Source of the DNA: Bigelowiella natans CCMP2755
Taxonomy: Eukaryota > Protista > Cercozoa
Reading direction: 5' to 3'
Assembly (NCBI GenBank): GCA_000320545.1
Contig: ADNK01000534.1
Span: forward strand, 1-49,745
DNA: 49,745 bases
A program made the translations under genes and the position numbers. The notes under the pieces were generated by a model that saw only the letters and a list, made by a program, of their open reading frames with translations, was not told where the DNA came from and searched no databases. Below are positions 1 to 11,613 of this stretch, piece after piece (the first letter of the stretch is position 1; each line of letters opens with the position of its first letter).

Positions 1-1107
1 CACGTCGGTACCTTCCCTGTCCTTGTACCAGTCTCGCTGCGGCTTAATAGCGTTAATGTTTCCTATGCCAGGTACCTTAGGGCTGGTAAACTTGCGGTCC
101 TGCTCCTGCTCGCGTAGGGATATAGCCTGCACTGCTGCCTCCATCGTGGTGTAGCCTTTCTCCGTAACGTAAGTGGATTCCTTTATCTTTAACTTGAACT
201 CTTCAAACCTTGCCTGATCATCACCTGTGTTGTAATTAAAATCATGTAGTTCGTCGATCATATCCTGGAAGCGCGTGGCAAAGTCTCTAACAGGTTCTCT
301 CTCATGCTGCATCATTGCTCTGTATTTTCTAATAGCCTGGGGTAGGGAGTTAGCATCCTGTTCATTTACAAAAGCCTTCATTATCGCCTCAACGTCTCGT
401 AGCCCACTAACTGTAGTGTGTATTTTCTCTAGCTGCCTGATCCGGGTCCTGCCTGTCTCGTAAAGGTCCATGGCTTGCTTTATTATAGCTAGCCATTTGA
501 GCTTGTCGTTTTCGGTGGGGTTAGGGGTAAAGTCGCAGAGTATACTCCTAGCGTTCTTCCACCACCTCCTTGCCTCACCTCTTTTCCCGTTGTATTTCGT
601 TATCATAACCGGTGCTGTTTTAACAGACATGAACTGGGTGTTCCGCTGTACCGGCTGCTGCTGCTTGACGGTGCTCTGGGTCGTCCCCCGCGAGGCGCCC
701 AGACCCCCGTCGTTCCTAAACAAAGCTGCCCACTCTGGAGGTAAGTCTGCTTCGTAATCCATGATGTCCTGCATGATAGCTGCCCAAACATCATGTGTCT
801 GATACTTGTATTCTATCGATACTTTCAGTTTGGCGTAGTTGCTCGCCCTGGGTCGCAAGGCTCGTAATGCCATTACGACCTTCTTGCTTTCGGCGGCCAC
901 GTCCTCGTCGTCCGCCTCGTAGAAGTTCTCCAGTGCCTCTGCTGCTGCATCTGCTTTCTTAATCCCGGGTGCTGGTCCCGGCGGTGCCTGTGGAGGTGTT
1001 CCTCCTCCTTCCTTAGCGTCCGTATCGCCCTTCCTTTCCTGTTTCTGCTCGTGCCCTTGCACGGCCTGCGAGCCAAAGTCCTGCTGTTCTTCTAGCTGCT
1101 GTGACAT
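1..1107 (-). CDS. Ty3/gypsy-type LTR retrotransposon Gag ORF (369 codons visible, runs off the window edge)
   Basis: ATG at 1107, open to position 1; missed by the ORF track because it has no stop. Translation MSQQLEEQQDFG...ITKYNGKRGEARRWWKNA...KYRAMMQHEREPVRDFATRFQDMIDEL contains a capsid N-terminal-like KYxG...W motif and a major-homology-region-like QxxxExVxDFxxRF. It starts just downstream of a PBS and LTR. Confidence 0.85.
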   Translation of the reverse strand, partial: MSQQLEEQQDFGSQAVQGHEQKQERKGDTDAKEGGGTPPQAPPGPAPGIKKADAAAEALENFYEADDEDVAAESKKVVMALRALRPRASNYAKLKVSIEYKYQTHDVWAAIMQDIMDYEADLPPEWAALFRNDGGLGASRGTTQSTVKQQQPVQRNTQFMSVKTAPVMITKYNGKRGEARRWWKNARSILCDFTPNPTENDKLKWLAIIKQAMDLYETGRTRIRQLEKIHTTVSGLRDVEAIMKAFVNEQDANSLPQAIRKYRAMMQHEREPVRDFATRFQDMIDELHDFNYNTGDDQARFEEFKLKIKESTYVTEKGYTTMEAAVQAISLREQEQDRKFTSPKVPGIGNINAIKPQRDWYKDREGTDV

Positions 1108-1123
1108 TGTTAGTCAAATCGTT

Positions 1124-1141
1124 TCCCGTGTGTGGAAGCCA
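1124..1141 (-). promoter_or_regulatory. Primer-binding site (PBS) of the LTR element
   Basis: On the minus strand TGGCTTCCACACACGGGA lies 5 nt after the LTR's terminal CA. Its complement ends in ...GGAAGCCA, like a tRNA 3' end. tRNA identity not determined. Confidence 0.7.
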
Positions 1142-1146
1142 AAGGT

Positions 1147-1472
1147 TGTTGCGCGTAAGGTGTTCACAGGCCGAGGCGCTACGTGCACAAGTAGGCAGGG
1201 GGGGGGAAAGGCACGTTTGCTTCCTTTTGAAGAGTTGTGTTTATTTTTATTAAAGATTATATTTTTATTAAATCGTGCACTGCGTAATCATTCGCGAAGC
1301 TTTCGCGAATGCCGCCGCACGTGGGGCAGCACACTTCCGGTGTGCTGCCATGAGTCCCGCCGGAACCCACGTGCCTATGCTGTATTAATATCTACGTTAT
1401 CTATATTCTATATCCGCGACAACCCCTTTGTTGTCGCACGTGACTTGTGCCCGCGTAGTGGTACGCGCTACA
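1147..1472 (-). mobile_element. 5' LTR (326 bp) of the retrotransposon
   Basis: Minus strand begins TGTAGCGCGTA and ends TACGCGCAACA (TG...CA ends, 11-bp inverted termini with 1 mismatch). It contains AT-rich TATA-like and AATAAA tracts and two hairpins (GCAGCACACTTCCGGTGTGCTGC; TTCGCGAAGCTTTCGCGAA). Confidence 0.85.
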
Positions 1473-2068
1473 GACGCGCAGCTCCAGAGCTGCTTGGGAT
1501 TGGACGCACGAGCAAGACGTGTGGGCACGATGGCGCACACTGGCACACTTTGTGCGTGCCCAGCGCGCGCGCACGCAAGCACTCACAGCTTCCCACTCTG
1601 ATGCACACTTGTCACTTGATCATCAAATTGAAGCTGGACACGTCGCGACGTCGCGCACGACTGGATGATCGACGCTGCGCACGTGATCAGTCACACACGC
1701 TGGTGCACACATCGATGGGAAGGGCGGGAATGATGAACAATGAATGATGAACAAAGCATTGATCAAATCTGCATGCGCCAGGGAAGTGGGTTGGGCACAT
1801 CTGAGACATCCCAGTGACTCGATGCCAAGAGTTCCGCCAATGTGCATCTTGGGCAATTTCACTGGACACTTTGTGGATGGTTTTTGAAGAAAACATTGAG
1901 GAATTTGAACAAAATTTGCATTTTTTTGGGTGAAATCGAAAAAAATTTCCCGGCTGACGCCGGGGCAAAACCGCCGAGCATGACACGGACCAAAACCCGG
2001 GGGAGTGAATCCCCCTTGCTTCTGCTCCCACTGCAATGAACAATGAACAATGAACAATGAACAATGAG
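1473..2068. repeat. Degenerate repeat/TE-like tract with zero TpA dinucleotides, ending in an (AATGAAC)n array
   Basis: Manual scan finds no TA between 1471 and 2068 despite A/T-rich runs. About 4 tandem AATGAAC units at ~2035-2066. Confidence 0.7.
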
Positions 2069-2511
2069 TATGAATTGTTCTGCTGTGTTCAACTCTGCAC
2101 TCTCCCTCTTGCGATCATTTGAACTTCAAAGTTTTCATCATGTCGCGTTGAGCCAGCGGTTTCAGAAGCTGAAAAGAAACGGCATGTAACCACATGGAAA
2201 TGAAACGCGCACAATATCTGTGGAAACCCATTGGATTTCCACGGATTTATGTGCAAAATCATTTGTCGCTGCAGTTCCAAAGAACATGTAACTGACTTGC
2301 TAACACTGGGTCGCCATTCGATCTACCAACGAATGTAGATCTGCTGTGCAATCGGTGCGAAGACTCAAGAGATTAGTATCCATTCCATTCATCCTCTTTG
2401 ATCGTGATCTGCATGAAGGTTGTGAGTCCTTTTCTAACTCCCCTCCTCCTTCTACCATTGGACTATCATTTACATGTTTTTCTTCCAAATAGAAATAGGA
2501 AAGGGACAAAT

Positions 2512-5500
2512 ATGAGGGGCGTCTCATGGCTGTTGGGATTGCTGGCGGTTACAAATATGTACCCTGGCTCTTACGGGGTAAGTCTTAGACAAAAAATTAA
2601 CTCTAGCTAGAATTTGCTGGTAGTGTCATCCAACTTGTGAGGGTGAGACCAAAACACAATATGTTCCTTGTCTTCTTCTCCTTCGCTGTCTGCCTGCCTG
2701 CCTGCCTACTGCCCGCCATTTCTCACCAAAATGCGCGCGACGCACACACACACACACACACACACATACCAGCATATGTACAAATGTGAAAATATCACTT
2801 GAATACCTCGTTGACTAATCCATATATAGGTCCAACAACTTGGGGATCTAGTCTATAATCTTGATAGCTCTTACGCGCCTCTCTTCGGCGGCACCATTAG
2901 ATATGTGACCAGTACAGTTTGCAACGATGGGCGCATATTTGCACCACCCTATGATACAGATAAAGTTCTAGTCATTGATCCCTCCCGTAATCAGTCGTAC
3001 ACCCTTGATCAGAGTTATTCTGGTTTAGAAAAGTACAGTACAAGCACACTTGCCAATGATGGGCGAATCTTTGCATTGCCCTACAAGACGAATAAGATCC
3101 TGGTGATTGATCCACGAGCCAACACTTCTTATCAGCTACCACAATTACTTGCCGGTAATAGCCAATACAGGACTTCTATCAAAACTGCAGATGGACGCAT
3201 TGTTGGTATCCCTTTTGATGCACCCAGAGTTCTAGTTGTAGATCCATCGTCCAACAGTTCATACTCTCTTACCACGCTCCTTGGTTATGGGCATACTAAG
3301 TACGAAACTGCTGTTTTGGCTAGTAACGGGATTATATATTGCGCGCCTAATGCTGACGAAAGGTTTCTAGCTATCGATACCTCCTTAAACGCTACTTACA
3401 GAATCGGCAGAAACTATAGCAATAATATCAACAAGTTTAGGACCTTGGTCAAGGCGAAAGACGGACGACTAATTTCCGTGCCGAATAATGCTGCGATTAC
3501 AAAAGTGGTTGCGGTCGATACGACGCGAAATCTTACATATTACATCGGAAGTACCCTTACGGGTTATACCAGATACAGAACCTGCCAGTTAGCAAATGAT
3601 GAGCGCATATACTGCCCCCCATTATATGTAACAAAGGTGCTGGTGGTCGATCCATCATTGAACGCTACTTCTTACTTGAACCAAGTGTATTCAGGAAATA
3701 AAAAATATTGCGCCTCGTATGTGGCGAGGGACGGGAGAATTTTCGCGGTGTGGACATTAATTCTTCCCACTACAACCCTGATGTCGTATCTTAAATCTCA
3801 TCCAATTATAATCCTAACCCTCAGGCCCCCTATAAGAGCACTCAAGTGATGGCGATCGATCCTTCTCGCAGCACTTCTTACCTATTGGGCCCTACAATCG
3901 GTTCCACCTCGGATGATGAAAAATATTATTCAGTCTTAATGGCCAACGACGGACGCTTATTTGCCCCACCTGGAAAAGGAGCAAGCAAAGTGCTAGTGAT
4001 CGACCCAAACAATGCAACGGCTTTCTACCTCCAGCCGTCCTCAACACCAACATCTACGCCCTCTGTCTCCCCAACGACAGCTCCATCTGCAACTCCGACA
4101 CAATCACCAACATCTACGCCCTCTGCCTCCCCAACATCTGCGCCCTCTGTCTCCCCAACGACAGTTCCATCTGCAACTCCGACACAATCACCAACATCTG
4201 CGCCCTCTATGTCTCCAACGACAACTCCATCTGCAACTCCGACACAATCACCAACATCTACGCCCTCTGCCTCCCCAACGACAGCTCCATCTGCAACTCC
4301 GACACAATCACCAACATCTGTGCCCTCTGCCTCCCCAACGACAGCTCCATCTGCAACTCCGACACAATCACCAACATCTACGCCCTCTGCCTCCCCAACG
4401 ACAGCTCCATCTGCAACTCCGACACAATTACCAACATCTGCGCCATCCTCCGGTCCATCTAGCTGTCCAACGACAAATCCAACGACAGCTCCATCTGCAA
4501 CTCCGACACAATCACCATCCTCCAGTCCATTAACTTGTCCAACATCTTCCCCAACGACAAATCCAACACAATCGCCATCCTCCGGTCCATCTAGCTGTCC
4601 AACATCTGGGCCCTCTACTTGTCCAACTACATGTCCAACACAATCTCCAATTATCGGTTCTAGTTCCCCAACATCTACATCTCCAACCACAGCTCCGACA
4701 CAATCACCATCCTCGAGTCCATCGACTTGTCCAACATCTGCGCCCTCTATGTCTCCAACGACAAATCCCACACAATCGCCATCCTCCGGTCCATCTAGCT
4801 GTCCAACGACAAATCCAACACAACCGCCATCCTCCGGTCCATCTAGTTGTCCAACAACAAATCCAACACAATCGCCATCCTCCGGTCCATCTAGCTGTCC
4901 AACATCTGGGCCCTCTACTTGTCCAACTACATGTCCAACACAATCTCCAATTATCGGTTCTAGTTCCCCAACATCTACATCTCCAACTACAGCTCCGACA
5001 CAATCACCATCCTCGAGTCCATCGACTTGTCCAACATCTGCGCCCTCTATGTCTCCAACGATAAATCCAACACAACCGCCATCCTCCGGTCCATCTAGCT
5101 GTCCAACGACAAATCCAACACAACCGCCATCCTCCGGTCCATCTAGCTGTCCAACATCTGGGCCCTCTACTTGTCCAACTACATGTCCAACATCTGGGCC
5201 CTCTACTTTTCCATCCACTACCCCCCTCACTCTCTCACCGACGAAATCTCCTGAAACTTCCAATCCTACCACGTCACCAATCACTCGTTGCCCCACTGTT
5301 GGCTTTGTGCCTGCGTTCATTAACCCAACGACATCCCAGGTATAGCGCCTGTGTTAATGTCAATATACTTATTACTGCCTTTACTTCCCTCTCTCTCTCT
5401 CTCTCTCCCTCTCTCTCTTTCTCTTCGCACAAACACGCAAGCACATATATGAACTTGCACAAGCATGCGTGTAGATGTGCACGCACAAGGCAGTCTAGGG

Positions 5501-6817
5501 CTGGTATATGTTCATTTTGTGCGCGCTCGCGTGTGGGTTGAGAGTGCTTCTGTATGCAATCAAGCGTCCATCGCGTAACCTCTTTAAATGAACCTTCATC
5601 AGGTTGCCACGCCACAGCTAAGCGATGGAAGCTTTGATAACAGTCTGACCTCCATAAAAATCACCTTCACTGCTCCTACAAACCAACCTTCTTGCTCACT
5701 GATGCTCACCCTGGCCTTTCTATCAACTATGGGCGAAGGGTATTATCACCCTGCTAATATGTCATTCAAAATTGACCTTTGTTTGCTAGCGCTATTATTA
5801 CACTCTGAGCACTCTCTCAATACTCTCTTATCACTCTCTTCCCCTCTACCTCTCCATTTCTTCCCCCCCCCCCCCCTCCCCCTCCTCTCTCTCTCTCACC
5901 CTATCTTAATCACACTACTGTCTGCACGAACCTAGGTACAGGTGTGTATGGACACAGTCCAACGAACTCGCTCTCCTTCTCGGAACTGGGGCGACGGTGA
6001 CTGTTGGAGATTCATTCCAGATTCAAAATCAAACCGTGTGGGATCCGACACGAACGAAGTATATGACATCGCAAACCTCCAGTGTACGCAAGCCAGAGAA
6101 TCCCTTACCTGTGTCAGCCAGCGCGACAGGTAAAACGCTGTTTGGAAAGAAAATGAAACATCAGATGACACATACTCAGACGCACATACGCATGCATGCA
6201 TAGAAGTAAGGAAGGGGGAAGGGGGGGTGTAAGAGCTGTGTATAGAGGCGAGTTGTTGCACACTCTAATGCTATGGAAGCACATATGAAAATACCCATAA
6301 ATATCTAACTCTCTTGTAGGTCCTCAACTGGTTGGAAATTGTGACCAAGTCAACATCTTAGTCTCTGCCACAGGGTCAGGGGGGCGGGCCCTCTCATACT
6401 CCTGGAGCTATTTAAATACCTCCAACACGGAGTCAGCATCTCGCATCAACAAATACCTAGGTCTCTTAGGTTCGGGCGTTTCTCGTCTCACGCTGCCATC
6501 CACGAATTTCACAGAAGATGGGCCTCAAACGTTCCAGATTACAGTAACAAATTTTCTCCTCGAGGCCACGACAATTTTCTACACCTTTGAAAAAAGGTCG
6601 AGCGTGGAGCCGCCCTTTGTTGAGATATCCTCAGGTTGTGAGCACGAATATCTCTTTCTTCCCTCGCCCTCTCTCTTTCTCTTTTTCTCTCTTTTTCTCC
6701 CTCGCTTCTTGTTGTTCCTATATCTGTCTATTTGCCCACTACGTGTGTGGTATGCGAGTGGGTAGCTGTAGCTGTTTCGTCACGCACAGATGCGTCTATG
6801 CAAGATGTGTGTATGTT

Positions 6818-6869
<52 letters not shown>

Positions 6870-9800
6870 AGAGAAAGAGAGAGAGCATGCTTTCACCTGC
6901 GCTTCTGCATTATCGTTTCGTTGTCCACACACAGGATTCCTGGTAAAGACAACATCGGACCGTCAGGTGGTGATTCGGTCAAAAATTGATCCACCGAACG
7001 GCTGCCCAGGTTCGACACGGCCCTACCACCTGTTCAAGACTGTTGCAACGTGGATACCCTGGAAATCAGGAGTATACATGATAAACGGGCAAAACTACAC
7101 AGTGGCCGAGCATCCGCCATCGTCGCAGCGATCCATTGGGGCAACGTTAGTGGTCAACCCAGGCGATATTCCTGCTAATGCTGCCCCATACGCGTGGGAC
7201 TTGCGCGTGCGAACTACTGATGAGACCGGCACAACTCCAGTGTTAGTCGGAGAAACTAACGTAACGCAGCTTCTCCAGGTTGATCGCGGCCCAGTTTCCA
7301 TCTCCATTTCTGGTGGTGCAATGCGGCAAATACCCGTAACGTCCAGCGTGACAAGACTATTCCGAATAGCTGCGACACCGACTCTCGACCCCTCCGACAC
7401 GAGTGCACCCCTAGTGTTTTCTTGGAGTATAGAAGACCTCTCATCGTCGACGTTTGTTCCGCTTGCTCTCAGCGGTGCGAATACGCCGACCGTCACCGTT
7501 TCCACTGCCTTTCTCAGTGCAGACAGGATATACAAAGTCATGGTCACTGCAACCGGGCTTCCAGATCTATCTGGCAATGCGCGTACAGCCTCTGCGTCCC
7601 AGAATCTATTCACTGTGGCACGTGATGTGCCCATAGTCAGCGCGACGATGGATGGAGGGGCGATCGGTGGATCTGGTGTCAGGAAAAACAATGCTGGCGA
7701 GCGATTAGTGCTGCGATCCAGTGGCGAGACCTCAGGATCTGAGGTCCTGAGCTATCGCTGGACGTGTGTGTCTGGTGCTATCGACCTTACCAACTCCTCA
7801 AACGTGCGGTCAGACGTTAACAGCTCGGTTCTCGTTCTCGCGCCGAATGCTTTGGCAGCGGGGAGGAGCTACGTATTTCGCGCGTCCGCCACGACACAGT
7901 TCGGGCTAACTGGTGCATCCTTGGTTGATGTAGTGATGAATCTCCCGCCATCCTCCGGCAGCTGTGTCGTGGAGCCAACCAATGGCGTTGCCCTGAGCAC
8001 TGATTTTTATATAAGCTGCATACAATGGGAAGATGAAGATCTTCCACTGAAATATAAATTTCAGAGCATGTTCACCGCTTCTTCAGGTAAGAGCTCGCAG
8101 GTAACCGATCTGTGCGATTTCCGATTGTTGGATGCCACAAATACCAAACTTCCAGCTGGAGAGTCCGGGAATGTGACCATCACAGCATTCATTGCTGACA
8201 GTCTTGGTGCGGTCACTCTCGCGCCTGCAAGTATCGTCTCACTCACTGTAGGGGCGCTTGATGTTGGGGAAAGCTTGTCCGACATTGATAAAAGGTTGGG
8301 TCAAGGCGATGTTGAATCATTCGCCGTGCTGGTGTCCGGCGCTGCAGCCATCCTTAACTCCGATAATGCTGAAGTGGTTGACAATTCCACAAGCTCGAAC
8401 AGCGGTGGTAGCAGTGGTGGTGGTGGTGGAGGAGGTGGGTCAGGAGAGTCAGCTGCCGTTACCACACAACAGAAAGTCCGGGGAAATCTGCTTGGGAAAA
8501 TAAATACTCTCGTACAGGCGGATTCAAAGGATAAGTTTGCTGTGATTAATACTCCTGTGGCCTTGATTGAAGCAGTAACATCCTCGCCTAATCCCGACGA
8601 TCTCACCTCCTCAGCGAGATCACTGGCCATGGTGATGATAAAAAACGTGACTATGAACCCACTCAACGACTTTTCGAACTCCACAGTCACATCCACGGTT
8701 ACTGCGATTGACAACATCCTGAAGAGCTCGTCCGCAACGTCCGTCGCAGTCGGATCGGACGCGAAATCAAATTTGGGAATGGAGATCGAGGCAACTGTGA
8801 CGGCCCTGGGAGCTGGCCTTGTCAAGGAGGCAGAGGAAGGTGAAGTCGCCATCGAGGTTGATGTCGGCGATGTCAACATCGTTGCTCAAAAGGTTGGCGT
8901 GGAATCTCTTGCAGGGAAAGTTTGTGAAAGCTCGGCCAATAGCGTATTCAATCTGAGCCAGAGCATAGCAATTCCATCTGGGAGTTCTAGCTCAAGGGTG
9001 TCGATGACAACCCTTCGCGAGTCTCCGTATCCTTCTCCGAGTCGGAATAGCTCAGAAAACGACCCACCCCCAGAGCTTCTCATCGCTGACATTGAAATCG
9101 GCAATCGCAATGGGAGTGTAGATTTTAATAACTCCGTGTCGAGTTCGGATCCATACATTCTGGAGATCCCGTTCAACATGACGAAGGAGCAGATGAAGAC
9201 GCGACGTCCGCGGTGTAAATACTGGGACAAGGAGTTACGAGAGTGGTCCACTAAGGGCATATCTACCGTTGGGGTGCTCGAAGATGAGAAAGGGCAACGT
9301 TTGGTATGTGCGTCCACACACCTAACTGCTTTCTCCACCTCCACCGAATTCAAAATCAGCGTCAACACAATAAGTGCGGAGGACATAACATTAGATGCGT
9401 TCTCGACGTCGAATCCCGCGTTTACTTTGTGTATTGTGATTCTCGGCATCGCGGGATTGGCTTTGATTTTTGGAGGACGTCTGGACAAACTAAGATCAAA
9501 CGGGCAGAGCTTGGAGCACTTTTGGGCCAAGTACAACGAAAATTTTCACCTCAGATTCACTGACAGGTCCGTCGGCAACTTCTTGAAGAGATTGCGCTGG
9601 GGGCTGCGAAGTAAACATCCTTGGCTTGCAGTCATATTTCACATGCCCGGAGACTTTATGAATACGGTCAAACGAGCGATTATTCTTGTTGCATTGCTGT
9701 TTAATAGCATGGCTGTGCTCATGTTACTAAGGGGCCAGGCTCAATCCATACCTTTCCTGAGCGGATCGAGTTCTGCGATGATAGTTGCTGTCATTTTCAG

Positions 9801-11421
9801 CTTCCCTACTCCTACCTTTGCCATTCGAGTCTTCATGCGACCGATTCCAAGCCATCTGCACATAAAAGGCGATGTCTTCCAGAAACAACAAGGCTTCTTT
9901 GCCGGGTGTTTTGCCTGTTTTGCTGCTCTCATTCTCGAAGAAATCGAACCTGATGAGGATGATACCGAAGAAGGTGGCAATGATGCAGCTGCACTAGCAG
10001 GAGCTAATGCTGCGGTTATGTACTTGGACGACCCCGAAGACACAAAGAAGCAAGAGAAAGGCTTGAGGAATAAAACCATTCTAATTGGTACTCTATTGAC
10101 CGGGAAGAAAGAACCCCGAAAGCGTGAATCTTCACTTTCAGATTCATTGGGAGATGAAGGTGGGAAGTCGGAAGTAGATTCTCCTAGGAAAACTAAGAGG
10201 AACTCCATCGCAGCTCTGCAGTCTCTTCGGAATATGGATGGTAGGCAAAAACGCTTCGCAAAGATGCAGTCTATAAGGTGGGGGGGCTCAACACTCGATC
10301 TGACAGCATCTGTTCTCGGCCAGAATTTAGACGAAGCGGAAGAAGAGGAGGAAGAAGAGAAAGAAGGCTGTTGCGGTGAGCCTATACGAAGCGGGAGTGA
10401 TCCCAAGCTCAAGAACTCTGGATACACGTATCGGGATGTGTTTGGGTTGGTGTCGCTGACTATCATTATCCTCGGGTGCTTTTTCATTATTTGCGTTTTA
10501 TCCAATAAGGGTGCGCTCGGCAAATGGACGCCTGACTCCCTGACAATGTTTAGTGAAGACATTGGGCTTAGGATCTTAACGATCACAATGATCGAAATGT
10601 TCTTCTTCTTCCCCCTCAACCCTGCTGTCTGGTGTGCACAGACGGTTAGCGGCTTCTTCGACAAACTGAGCGAAGGTCGCTATATTGAAGTCGATTTGCA
10701 TTTGACCAGCAAAGATGATGTTGGTGTTAACGATTCCCAGCGAGTCATAAGCTTTAACAAAGACTCGCCAATGCAATCCTACGGCCTTGAATATGGAGTG
10801 AAAGTAATCGCCATTAATGGTCAGCTTCTCGACCCCGAAGCGGACGTGATGGCTCTCATACACGAACATCTTCAGAAGGACACCCACTATTGGATGACTG
10901 TCCTGAGTCGCGCTGATCGCAAACCTTTGAAAGAAGTGTGCCTCAATCGGAACGACAACGGCCTCCTTTTAGACTCGCAACTGCGAGTTGTTAAGGTTAT
11001 TAAGGGCTCGGATGCAGAGAGCATGGGGGTTCAGAAAGGTTGGCGTATTGTCTACGTAAATGATGTGCGTACCGACACACTCTCGATGGCATTTCGTGCA
11101 TTCCATGTCGCCGCACGCATCGGGCTCACCTATAGGATGCTATTTCGCACACGATGTGAGAAAAAGAGCCTATTGCTATCGGAAGACGTGCTGCTTGGGG
11201 AGGAAGTCTCTGATGATGATCATGATAACGATGATGATGGCGGTGGTGATGGTGAAACAGCTGTGGAGGTCAAGGCCTACCCGATCCTCAGTCCCAAGTC
11301 CCTCAGTCCGAAGCCAGTCCTCAGTCCGAAGCCAGTCCTCAGCCCAAAGTCGCAGGTGGTTCAGGACAAATCGACAAGATACACAGAAGTCGAAATGAGT
11401 CAAATGGCCATCAGTCTGTAA
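2512..11421 (+). CDS. Polycystin-1/REJ-GAIN(GPS)-like multipass receptor, ~2543 aa: signal peptide, 8 beta-propeller-type repeats, Pro/Ser/Thr stalk, REJ-like region, GPS, several TM helices, two PDZ-like domains
   Basis: In-phase GT-AG exons 2512-2577, 2830-3747, 3825-5339, 5603-5739, 5936-6129, 6320-6634, 6935-11421 (7632 nt). REJ-like motifs (GSGGRALSYSW; NLPPSSGSCVVEPTNGVALSTDFYISCIQWEDEDLPLKYKF). GPS CKYWD...WSTKG...CASTHLTAFS. Polycystin-like HPWLAVIFHMPGDFMNTVKR. Hydrophobic helices and PDZ-like C-terminal segments. Confidence 0.85.
4040..5220 (+). repeat. Coding minisatellite (mucin-like SPT/CPT stalk): 60-bp units followed by a ~300-bp higher-order duplication
   Basis: SPTTAPSATPTQSPTSTPSA-type 20-aa units. 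Segments starting at 4561 and 4861 are near-identical over ~300 bp. Confidence 0.95.
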
Positions 11422-11613
11422 ATATATGTAGGAATGTCATGTTTTGCATTTGGCACAACGTAAATACAACATACTGTGCCAATGTTATATATAAACGAAA
11501 TAAAATTTTCAACATTTTGCCCTTTTTTGAAGAATTTATAACATTTTTTTTAAATTATTATGAATAATTTTTGATACGTGTAGATGTTTTGTTTCCTATA
11601 CCTTTAACATCGA

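Noticed and set aside
1130-2092. Several overlapping 60-205 aa ORFs
   Set aside because: Loss of TpA removes TAA/TAG stops on both strands, so spurious ORFs are expected; no protein-like features.
4012-5320. Antisense 431-aa VGD/VGQ-repeat ORF and alternative-frame QLHLQLRH ORF
   Set aside because: Shadows of the stop-free SPT minisatellite in the receptor gene.
6790-6934. ORF-track start of the 1543-aa ORF (MRLCKMCVC...ERERE)
   Set aside because: Intronic microsatellite read-through; the true exon starts at the acceptor before 6935.
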